Shown piece after piece: positions 56,658 through 63,903 of a DNA stretch of 64,000 bases. Made by a program: the position numbers and the translations under genes. Position 1 is the stretch's first letter; each line of letters starts with the position of its first letter. This DNA is from a virus, in IMG/VR virus record IMGVR_UViG_3300043256_000348, positions 1 through 64,000 of that record. One strand, written 5' to 3'. Below the pieces are notes generated by a model. It was not told where the DNA came from. It worked only from the letters and a program-made list of their open reading frames with translations, and did no database searches.

Positions 56658-57551
56658 ATGGCTGACCAAGCACAAGCACTCCAAAACGGAACGCTTATCC
56701 TGGAGGTGATCTTCCACAAGCCGGGGATCACGCGTCGCGGCGACCTTGGCAAGGTCGAGACCGCCGCCGATAAGAAGCAGCTCGGCCTGTCGAAGAAGAT
56801 CATCGACTCGCCCCAGTACAGGGCGGTGCTGCACGTCGCGAACGCCTGCCGCGAGTACCTCAAAAGCCTGGAGTTGGAGGCCCCGTTCAAGACCGGGCGG
56901 CACCTGCTGCCGCTGAAGCTGCTGGAGCGTGCGTACACCCGCGTGGAGGAAGCCGAGGTCGCGTACCACGAGGCGGCGGACGCATTCATTGCCGCGTACC
57001 CGGCGCAGGTCCAGGCCGCCAGGCAGTCGCTAGCCGACCAGTTCGACGACGGCGACTACCCCGGCCTGGAGACTCTGCGAGAGCAATTCTGGGTCGAGCG
57101 CCGGGTCACGAGCTGGGACACGCCCGGCGAGGCGAAGATCGGCGAGTACCTGTACGAGAAGGAAAAGAGCCGCGTGGCCGAGGAGCTGTCAAGCGTGGCC
57201 GAGGACGCGAAGTTGGCCCTCCGCGAGGGACTGCGAATCCTCACCGGCAAGCTGGCCGAAAGTTTGGGGCCGAAGCCGGACGGCAAGCGGCGGCGGCTGA
57301 GCGAGTCCACCGTAAAGAAGGTCACCGACTGGCTGGCATCATTCGACGCCCGCAACGTGCTGGGCGACGCGGACCTGGGGGCCGTGGTGACCGACCTCAA
57401 GAGCGTGCTGAACAATCGCGGCGTGAAGGAACTCCGGACGAACGAAGGGATGCGAGCCGCCGTCAAGACCGAGCTGGAGCAGACAGGCAAGGCGCTGGAG
57501 GCCCTGCTTGTGGACGTGCCCGCACGGGCGATCAGCTTGGGGGACGAGTGA
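56658..57551 (+). CDS. DUF3150-like helical protein
   Basis: RBS AAGGAGG; LSKKIIDSP, FDDGDYP, GPKPDGKRRRL, FDARNV; context next to AAA and DUF1257. Confidence 0.6.
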   Translation: MADQAQALQNGTLILEVIFHKPGITRRGDLGKVETAADKKQLGLSKKIIDSPQYRAVLHVANACREYLKSLELEAPFKTGRHLLPLKLLERAYTRVEEAEVAYHEAADAFIAAYPAQVQAARQSLADQFDDGDYPGLETLREQFWVERRVTSWDTPGEAKIGEYLYEKEKSRVAEELSSVAEDAKLALREGLRILTGKLAESLGPKPDGKRRRLSESTVKKVTDWLASFDARNVLGDADLGAVVTDLKSVLNNRGVKELRTNEGMRAAVKTELEQTGKALEALLVDVPARAISLGDE

Positions 57552-57769
57552 TGGAGCAGGATGAGATCAACAAAGCCCGGCTGGTACTGGCCCTTAAACG
57601 CGAGCTTGACGTGTGGGAGTGTGATGACGAACAGGTGCTCGCAGCTACAAAGGGGACGTTTTTTAGGGCGCGAGTAGAGGTGCGGCTAGCTGTAGGCGAT
57701 CTGTGCCGCGTACTCCGAAACGAGCTTCAGAACATCCTCATTGCAATCGGTAAATGGTTTCGGCAATGA
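57551..57769 (+). CDS. Small hypothetical protein, paralog of 31939-32193
   Basis: ALKRELDVW...TKGTFFRARVEVRLA. Confidence 0.7.
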   Translation: MEQDEINKARLVLALKRELDVWECDDEQVLAATKGTFFRARVEVRLAVGDLCRVLRNELQNILIAIGKWFRQ

Positions 57770-57950
57770 CCAGATTCCTATTCAGCCCGATAACCGTAGG
57801 CGTCGGCCGTCCTCAGCGGCAATGTCGGGTGGGGCGAGTTGCCCCTGACATCGCCGATCAGCCGATGGGTAACGGCCGTGAAATCGACCGTCGGCTCCTT
57901 ACTTCAACGACACGAGGCTGGGCGACCGGCCGCAACCGGAGGGCGTAACC

Positions 57951-58403
57951 ATCTCGCACGTAGCTCTACTCGACCTGACTATTGACTCGCTCGACACGCT
58001 CGCTAAGGCGTGCGAGGCGATGGGCTTCACGTTCGATCGTGAAGGGACCAACTGGAAATGGTACGGGCGCTGGGTTGGAGATTACAACGTCAAAGACGCC
58101 GCGTACAATCAGGGCATCGCGGTAGAGCGGTACGGCACGTCCGACGCGGGCGTGATCCGTGTCCCTGGTGCCGCGTATGAAGTCGGCGTCTACAAGTCGC
58201 CGAACGAGCCGGGCAAGTACCGGCTGGTCTACGATAACTTCTCGGCGGGCAAGGGACTGCACGACAGGTGCGGCCCCGGGCTCGGCCTGCTGAAGCAGCG
58301 CTATGCCGCCGAGCGAAGCAAGAAAGAAATGAAAAAGGCTGGCTGGCGTGTCCGCGAACAGAAACAAGACGACGGGCAACTGCGGCTCGTCTGCACAAGG
58401 TAA
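57951..58403 (+). CDS. DUF1257 (Ycf35)-like protein, apparent ATC start codon
   Basis: RBS GGAGGG 57938-57943 then ATC-SHVALLDLTIDSLDTLAKAC; YEVGV, LKQRYA, GWRV...DGQLRL. Confidence 0.7.
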   Translation: MSHVALLDLTIDSLDTLAKACEAMGFTFDREGTNWKWYGRWVGDYNVKDAAYNQGIAVERYGTSDAGVIRVPGAAYEVGVYKSPNEPGKYRLVYDNFSAGKGLHDRCGPGLGLLKQRYAAERSKKEMKKAGWRVREQKQDDGQLRLVCTR

Positions 58404-58407
58404 AATC

Positions 58408-58713
58408 ATGGACCGCAACACCTTACGCAGAGCACTGGCCCGCGTGCCATACTATATGCGGCAAGGCGTGCTGGACTACCTGTATCAGGGCTGCCCGCCC
58501 GGCGACTTCCTGCGGGCCGTGTTAGAAAACGATCTTCACTTGGCCGGCTTGCAGGCGGACAACGAAAACCAAAGGGCTCTCATTGATTGGGTTGCCGTAC
58601 TGGACGCATTGCCATTGACGATCTGGGGCAGCCGAAAGAAGGTCGACGCCCATCTGGCCAGCCACATCCTTCGTAAACAACGAGAGGAGCAAGAAGCGTC
58701 ATGCAAAAGGTAA
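58408..58713 (+). CDS. Conserved hypothetical phage protein
   Basis: PPGDFLRAVLENDL...AD..N...WGS. Confidence 0.65.
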   Translation: MDRNTLRRALARVPYYMRQGVLDYLYQGCPPGDFLRAVLENDLHLAGLQADNENQRALIDWVAVLDALPLTIWGSRKKVDAHLASHILRKQREEQEASCKR

Positions 58714-58880
58714 CCATCACCATCGACACGTCAGGCAGCCCCAAGATCGAGGTCGAGGGCGTCGCCGGGCCGGAGTGCAATACCGCGACCGAGGCCCTGG
58801 AGAAGGCCCTTGGCGAGGTCCGCTCGGACAAGTTGACGGCCGACTTCCATCGACGGGAGCGTGCCCGTGTCAAGCATTGA
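58701..58880 (+). CDS. DUF2997-like small protein (59 aa, absent from ORF track)
   Basis: MQKVTITIDTSGSPKIEVEGVAGPECNTATEALEKALG...TADF. Confidence 0.75.
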   Translation: MQKVTITIDTSGSPKIEVEGVAGPECNTATEALEKALGEVRSDKLTADFHRRERARVKH

Positions 58881-59115
58881 GCTGACGATCGACACGGACG
58901 GTCTGGTGTCGGCGATATGGGACGATGCCCTGGCCGATCTGGTACAATTAGGCGAGTGCCGCGTCGAGCGGGCTTCATTGGTCGAGTGGGACGGCACGGG
59001 CTGGTCAGCAGACCTTTCGCCGGTAGACGGGCCCGTACTTGAAAGTGTTCCCCGCCGCGAGGATGCTCTGGCGGCCGAGAAGGATTGGCTCAAACGAAAC
59101 TGGAGGGCGCAATGA
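58867..59115 (+). CDS. Small conserved partner of the DUF1257/DUF2997 module
   Basis: LG...ERASLVE...WSADLSPVDGPVL...R.DALAAE..WL. Confidence 0.65.
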   Translation: MSSIELTIDTDGLVSAIWDDALADLVQLGECRVERASLVEWDGTGWSADLSPVDGPVLESVPRREDALAAEKDWLKRNWRAQ

Positions 59116-59567
59116 ACCTGATTCAACAGGCTCGCGAGATAGTCGCGGGCAAGTCGCTGTACCTGGCAGAGGTCGGTCACCTCCGGGCCCTGCTGGACGA
59201 GATCGACAGGCTTTCGAGGCCGGGCGACAAGCGGCTCGTGCGTTGCCAGGAGTGCGGCAATGAGATCCTCCTGGACAAAGGCGACTCGGAATGCTACTAC
59301 TGCCACAAGCCGCTGCCAAAGCCGTGCCCCTTGTCGGAGCCGGACCGCACAAGGTTCGCCGCTTTCGCTGGGGCGGCGGCAGTGAGCATCCAACTGCACC
59401 TCGATAGAGGGGTGTCGCCGAACCGAGCCACAATGGAATCACTCGGTGAAGCGATCTTGCGGATGGCGGAGCTTGTAGGAATTTCAACTTCCGAGGCTGC
59501 GGGCTACGGCCGGCAGTTCCACGCATCCCACGACCCAAAGCGATGGCTGGAAGAAATGACAAACTGA
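59112..59567 (+). CDS. Hypothetical protein with zinc ribbon
   Basis: CQEC...CYYC. Confidence 0.5.
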   Translation: MNLIQQAREIVAGKSLYLAEVGHLRALLDEIDRLSRPGDKRLVRCQECGNEILLDKGDSECYYCHKPLPKPCPLSEPDRTRFAAFAGAAAVSIQLHLDRGVSPNRATMESLGEAILRMAELVGISTSEAAGYGRQFHASHDPKRWLEEMTN

Positions 59568-59962
59568 CGGACGGCCGAGGCGTTCGCTTCTGCGATTACG
59601 GGTTGTCGTTGCCTACGCGAACCGCCGACTGGCCGCCGGCCGGGATTGTGCGGAGCCCGCGAACCGTACAGTCTTGCCGTTTCAACTGGCTCAAGTGTCA
59701 GATATGCGGCAGGTCGCTGCCGTTGACAGAAGATGGGCAGGTGCATCACATCATCGGAGGCGCTGGCAGGAGCGATGAGGAGACAAATCTGTTGCGCCTC
59801 GGGGGACCCTTTGAGTGCGGCTGCCACGACGAGAGCTGGAGCGTGATGCTACCGCTGTCGCTGTGGGCGAAGTGGAAGACGGACCGTGAGAACCTTGACT
59901 GGGCCCGGCTGGCCGTGCTGCTTGGGCACCACCTGCCGGAGCCGAAACCGCCGGGGAGGTGA
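59543..59962 (+). CDS. HNH-like nuclease
   Basis: CQICG...VHHI...NLLRL...CH. Confidence 0.6.
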   Translation: MAGRNDKLTDGRGVRFCDYGLSLPTRTADWPPAGIVRSPRTVQSCRFNWLKCQICGRSLPLTEDGQVHHIIGGAGRSDEETNLLRLGGPFECGCHDESWSVMLPLSLWAKWKTDRENLDWARLAVLLGHHLPEPKPPGR

Positions 59963-59965
59963 GCT

Positions 59966-60391
59966 ATGTCGTTGACTAAGATCGCACTCAAGGCAGAACT
60001 TGCGTCTTTCAAGGAAGCCTTGCAACGATCTAAGGGCAACGCCGAGCGGCTGGCACGCGAGGTGGATCGGTTGCAAGGAATGGTGGACGAGGTTCAAAAC
60101 GAAGCCAGCGCTTGCCGTTCCGAGGCAGTGGACAACAAGCTCAAGCTACTTGAACTACAAGCCATCGTGGACAAGCTACCGAAGACGGCGGACGGCGTGC
60201 CGGTTGTTCCGGGAATGTCCCTTTACGTTGATGGCCCATGGGAAGTGCAAACCGCCTTAATGCTGAAGGGCGGAAGTCAACCAAGTCGTGGAGACACATG
60301 GTTGCGATTGTCTACGGGAAATTACTACAGCACTCGCGAAGCCGCCGAAGCAGCAGCCAAGGAACGCGAAGGAAATGCTTTACAATCCTGA
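59966..60391 (+). CDS. Hypothetical coiled-coil phage protein
   Basis: RBS GGAGGTGA; LPKTADGVPVVPGM...YSTREAAEAA. Confidence 0.6.
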   Translation: MSLTKIALKAELASFKEALQRSKGNAERLAREVDRLQGMVDEVQNEASACRSEAVDNKLKLLELQAIVDKLPKTADGVPVVPGMSLYVDGPWEVQTALMLKGGSQPSRGDTWLRLSTGNYYSTREAAEAAAKEREGNALQS

Positions 60392-60579
60392 CGATTTACC
60401 CGACCAGCGAATCGACCCGCCGCGGGAGGAAGAGCTAACCGATGAGGAGCGGCAGGACGAACGGGAGACTGCCGGAGACGCGGACTACCATTTCTGGAGG
60501 GAGCAATGATTGGCGTGATAATCTTGACGATGCTGGTGGCTGTAAGCATCGAACTAGGCATGCGGCTGGAGGCGATGCG

Positions 60580-60879
60580 GTGGAGCTGAGCCTGACGCCG
60601 AAGATCGCCCTGGACTTGGCAACCGGCAAGCCCGCCGGCAACTTCGGCCCGTTCGCATACTGGGGGACGGCCAGCGCGGCGATCCGCAACGCTGGGGCCC
60701 CTCACGACGTGGTCGACCTGGTCGACGGCCGGTACTTTGCTTGGTGGCGGGGCCGGCTGGTGGCCATGTACGATTCGGCGACGAGCGGGCTGCGGGTGGA
60801 CTTCCCGGCGGTGGCGTCCAGGGCAGAAGAGCTGTTAGTTCACCATGAGGTCAAGAATGACGTACAACGATTTCAGTGA
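60580..60879 (+). CDS. Hypothetical protein
   Basis: RBS GGAGG then GTG. Confidence 0.45.
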   Translation: MELSLTPKIALDLATGKPAGNFGPFAYWGTASAAIRNAGAPHDVVDLVDGRYFAWWRGRLVAMYDSATSGLRVDFPAVASRAEELLVHHEVKNDVQRFQ

Positions 60880-61168
60880 GCGGATCTGCAATGCCGGGCT
60901 CCGGGCCCGCCGGTGCAGTGAATTCCACTGGCAGATTTCCGGGGGCGACCGGATCGTCAACTGCTGGCCGAACTCAAAGCGGGGCTTCGTGTTCCAGTCG
61001 GATCTGGGGGGCAAGGCCAAGCTCGGCAGCCTAGACGAGGCCATACAGGCTTCCGGTGGGCCCGGGCTGTCGCGAGATGCCCCGTTCGACGCCGACCCTA
61101 AGAAACTACCCTCGCCGGAAAGCCGGCCACCGGGCGTAATCAGGCGGTTCTGGCGGTGGTTCTGGTGA
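60857..61168 (+). CDS. Hypothetical protein
   Basis: HWQISGG..VNCWP motif. Confidence 0.55.
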   Translation: MTYNDFSERICNAGLRARRCSEFHWQISGGDRIVNCWPNSKRGFVFQSDLGGKAKLGSLDEAIQASGGPGLSRDAPFDADPKKLPSPESRPPGVIRRFWRWFW

Positions 61169-61193
61169 ACATGAGCTGGCCGAGAATCTGCTA

Positions 61194-61222
61194 TTTACGG
61201 CTCCCGGGAAAGACGGTATAAT
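61194..61222 (+). promoter_or_regulatory. Sigma70-type promoter TTTACG-17-TATAAT
   Basis: CTATTTACG...GGTATAAT; followed 7 nt later by ATG ACA TCC ACA TGA mini-ORF. Confidence 0.6.
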
Positions 61223-61438
61223 CGGCAGCATGACATCCACATGAGACAAAAAGACGGGCCCGACCTGACGGCCGAGCCCTGAGTGGCCGGCGGCGGAACG
61301 AACGCCGGGCGGCCAGCCACGAAAGCAGGATGGGTGCAACCGTGACTCTAACAGTCAGTATACCAGAAATCCCCTTGGCAGCAAGGCCCATTCGGGCGGG
61401 TACTTTTCAGACGACTCCCCCGATCTTCGGACCGGGTT

Positions 61439-61468
61439 GGGCCGGCCTATATGACCGGCTCTTTTTTT
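61439..61468 (+). terminator. Rho-independent terminator
   Basis: GGGCCGG-N9-CCGGCTC followed by T7. Confidence 0.65.
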
Positions 61469-61660
61469 ACTCCACGGATACAGTCGTTCCCGCTGGGCCG
61501 TCCCCGATCTATTCGGCGGTGGCCCTTTTCTATGCGCCCGGGGCCGGAACAGCGTACACGGGGGGTCGCGTCCCCGCCGGCCCTCTCGGCGGTTGGCAAC
61601 AGCGGCAAGAGACCCGCCCGCGACGGACGCGGCCAGCCGCCCTGACCTTCCTGTTGTGGA

Positions 61661-61806
61661 TGTGCGGCGGCGGCGTGGCAGCGCCGGGTAAGGGGTTGTC
61701 TTTAGTGACAGCCTGTGGAGGGAAGATTGAAAGCGATACGCCTACTGCCAAAGTCACTAAGAGTATCGCACCATGGAGCCGGGTGGGGAATCCGGCCCGC
61801 CGTGCA
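61661..61806 (+). ncRNA. Cloverleaf/tRNA-like structured RNA, copy 1 (C4/CI-antisense-like candidate)
   Basis: Outer stem TGTGCGGCGG/CCGCCGTGCA; GGCGT/ACGCC arm; GCCGG-loop-CCGGC arm; 23/24 match to 63908-63931. Confidence 0.55.
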
Positions 61807-62231
61807 CTTTTCACCCCGCCAGCGTACAGCAGGACTCGCGACCTGCCGGGGTGCTTGCCGGCTCTGCGTGGAGAACCCACGATCGTTGCCGAAGACATAG
61901 CCCCGAATACATGGGCAAGGGAATGGTATCCCGACGCGGCTCACGACTCAGTGGCCCGGAAGCATCTTAGGTAGGCGTAAGCCAGACGGATGCAATACTG
62001 AGACAGTTCGCAGTTTGGCGGCTTCGATCAGGTCGCATCCGCTGCGGAGGTCGAACGGCAGGCCGCAACGCTGGGACAGCGCAGCGAATCGCCTGGGTCG
62101 GCACACTGGAGGTGACCTTGGCATGGAGATTTTCTGCTTTGCCCTGCCGGAAGACGGAGTAAAATGGATGGCCGGGCGGCACGTCGAAAGGCTAGCGATG
62201 GTGCGACGTAAAATCCAGTCCGGCATCGGGG

Positions 62232-62286
62232 ATTCTGTGCGTGCTACCGCGTCGCCCGTAGGGTGACGCGGTAGCAGGTACAGAAT
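62232..62286. repeat. Long inverted repeat (about 26-bp stem, 3-nt loop)
   Basis: ATTCTGTGC-G-TGCTACCGCGTCGCCC GTA GGGTGACGCGGTAGCA-G-GTACAGAAT. Confidence 0.8.
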
Positions 62287-62320
62287 ACAACAGTTCTTCA
62301 GTTGTCAGGACGAACGAACC

Positions 62321-62515
62321 ATGAGCGTATCGAAACGGCGATACTACGAGTCTACGATCCGCAGCACGGGATTCGTGACTGAGCGGCTGGTGGAAGAGAC
62401 CGGGATGGCTCCCGAAGCACTTGACGAGGTAATCAGCGGCTACTTCGCTGAGGTAACTGCCGGGGCGGAGCGTGAACCTGGACTGCCGCCGGCCGCCTTC
62501 GGGTCGGACGTGTAG
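62321..62515 (+). CDS. Small hypothetical protein
   Basis: 64 aa ORF after hairpin. Confidence 0.45.
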   Translation: MSVSKRRYYESTIRSTGFVTERLVEETGMAPEALDEVISGYFAEVTAGAEREPGLPPAAFGSDV

Positions 62516-62540
62516 CTTGACCTATTCCAAGAGGGCAGCG

Positions 62541-62768
62541 ATGGACGATGACCAGCCGGGTGCGCAGGCGACCTTAGAGGAAAAACTGTGCTGGATCGAC
62601 CGGCACCGGCCACCGCCGTACAAGCCGCCGCACTCCGGATCGTGCGACTTGCAGGACGTGGTGATGTCGAGCCGGGAGAAGGGCGGCAAGCCGGACCCGA
62701 ACGGGAAGTGGATTCGCCGGAGCTGCCGGCTGTGCGGGCGGTTCCACAGCTACCGGAGGCGGGCATGA
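62541..62768 (+). CDS. Small zinc-finger-like protein
   Basis: RBS GAGGG; CRLCGRFHSY; ATGA-coupled to primase. Confidence 0.5.
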   Translation: MDDDQPGAQATLEEKLCWIDRHRPPPYKPPHSGSCDLQDVVMSSREKGGKPDPNGKWIRRSCRLCGRFHSYRRRA

Positions 62769-63679
62769 CGAACACCGCGTGGGTACGGGTATCGAAGGCC
62801 GAGCCTTGCGTCATTTGTGAGCGACCAGATTGGTGTCGCGTCTCAGCTTGTGGAGGGACGGCCCATTGTATGAGGCGGGAAAGTGACAGGAAGTGGCCAG
62901 GCCCGGCTGGCGGTTTTCTTCACCGGCTGAATGGTGAGCAGGTAAGGGCTGTGCAGAGAACGCCAGCGAAGGCGACAAAACCGAAAAAGCCCGTCGCCTA
63001 CTGGACCGCGGTAGCGAAGCGGTGCTACGAGCACCCTGAGGCGACCGGCATGCGCGAGTACGTCGCGGAGGTTCTCGGGTTGTCGGTCGACGTGGTGAAG
63101 CGGTTCCGTGTCGGCTGGGGCGACGACAGGTACCGCGGCCTGGACTACTCGACGTGGCCGTCGCGGGACGCCGCGGGGAGGATCGTCGGGATCACGCGGC
63201 GGTACAGGGACGGGGCGAAGCTGACGGCCGAGGGCGGGACACCAGGACTGTTCTACTGTTATGGCTGGCACAGGCTGTCCGGGACGATCCTACTGCCGGA
63301 GGGGGCTTCTGACACGGCAACCCTGGTACAATTAGGATTGTCGGCGGTCGGTCGGCCGAGCAACGTGTCGGCGCCGTGGCTACCTGAGTTGCTGGGGCCG
63401 TACCGGGAACGGGAGATTATTGTGCTAGGCGAGCACGACAGAAAAGAACCGGGCGTGCGACCGGGGTGCCGTGTGGACTGCCGGGGCTGCTCGGCGTGCT
63501 GGCCAGGTCGTTTCGGGGCGGAGGCGGTCGCCCGGCTGTTGGCGGAACAGTTGAAACGCTCTGTCACTTGGTGGATCCTGTCGGTGAAAGATGTGCGCGT
63601 GTGGCTCGCCGAGAACGACGGAGCAGTGGACGTGAGGCTGGAGGACTTCGAGCCGGCGATGGTCGGTACAGTTCGGTAG
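62765..63679 (+). CDS. DNA primase-like protein (Zn finger + TOPRIM)
   Basis: CVICERPDWC...HCMR; GRIVGITRR; LPEGASDT...LGLSAVGRPS; IIVLGEHD. Confidence 0.8.
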   Translation: MTNTAWVRVSKAEPCVICERPDWCRVSACGGTAHCMRRESDRKWPGPAGGFLHRLNGEQVRAVQRTPAKATKPKKPVAYWTAVAKRCYEHPEATGMREYVAEVLGLSVDVVKRFRVGWGDDRYRGLDYSTWPSRDAAGRIVGITRRYRDGAKLTAEGGTPGLFYCYGWHRLSGTILLPEGASDTATLVQLGLSAVGRPSNVSAPWLPELLGPYREREIIVLGEHDRKEPGVRPGCRVDCRGCSACWPGRFGAEAVARLLAEQLKRSVTWWILSVKDVRVWLAENDGAVDVRLEDFEPAMVGTVR

Positions 63680-63682
63680 ACA

Positions 63683-63762
63683 AGCACGGCGGCGGCCTGG
63701 CGAACCAGGACGTTAAATGGCCCCGCGCCATAGAAGCCGGGGGAGAACCGGCCCGCCGTGTT
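63683..63762 (+). ncRNA. Cloverleaf/tRNA-like structured RNA, copy 2
   Basis: AGCACGGCGG/CCGCCGTGTT closing stem; CCTGG-CGAA-CCAGG; TGGC/GCCA; GCCGG-7-CCGGC. Confidence 0.6.
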
Positions 63763-63784
63763 TTTCAGAAAGGAAAACGAGAAG

Positions 63785-63901
63785 GTGTCAAACAGCAAAG
63801 GCAGTAAGGAAAGGTGCTCAGTCTGTGGGTTACGCAAGCGCGGGTCGAATCATAATAACGGGCAACATCACAAAAAGGCCCTAATGAAACAGAAAGGATA
63901 G
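63785..63901 (+). CDS. 38-aa basic CCHH zinc-finger peptide (absent from ORF track)
   Basis: GTG SNSKGSKERCSVCGLRKRGSNHNNGQHHKKALMKQKG TAG. Confidence 0.5.
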   Translation: MSNSKGSKERCSVCGLRKRGSNHNNGQHHKKALMKQKG

Positions 63902-63903
63902 AC

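Noticed and set aside
57790-57870. HDV-like (theta) ribozyme suggested by CCG-TCCTCAG-CGG
   Set aside because: No complementary P1 5' strand and no C-N-A-A J4/2 segment; a simple hairpin explains the pairing better
61255-61338. Hammerhead ribozyme suggested by CTGA...CGAAA
   Set aside because: Core CUGANGA is not matched (CTGACGG, CTGAGTG) and stems I/III could not be built
61330-61974. Protein-coding gene (Ash-like)
   Set aside because: Only vague resemblance, weak RBS, contains a strong terminator and an RNA structure; not listed as CDS
63683-63762. Canonical tRNA gene
   Set aside because: Lacks TTC T-loop, 7-nt anticodon loop, D-loop consensus and CCA; kept only as a tRNA-like RNA candidate
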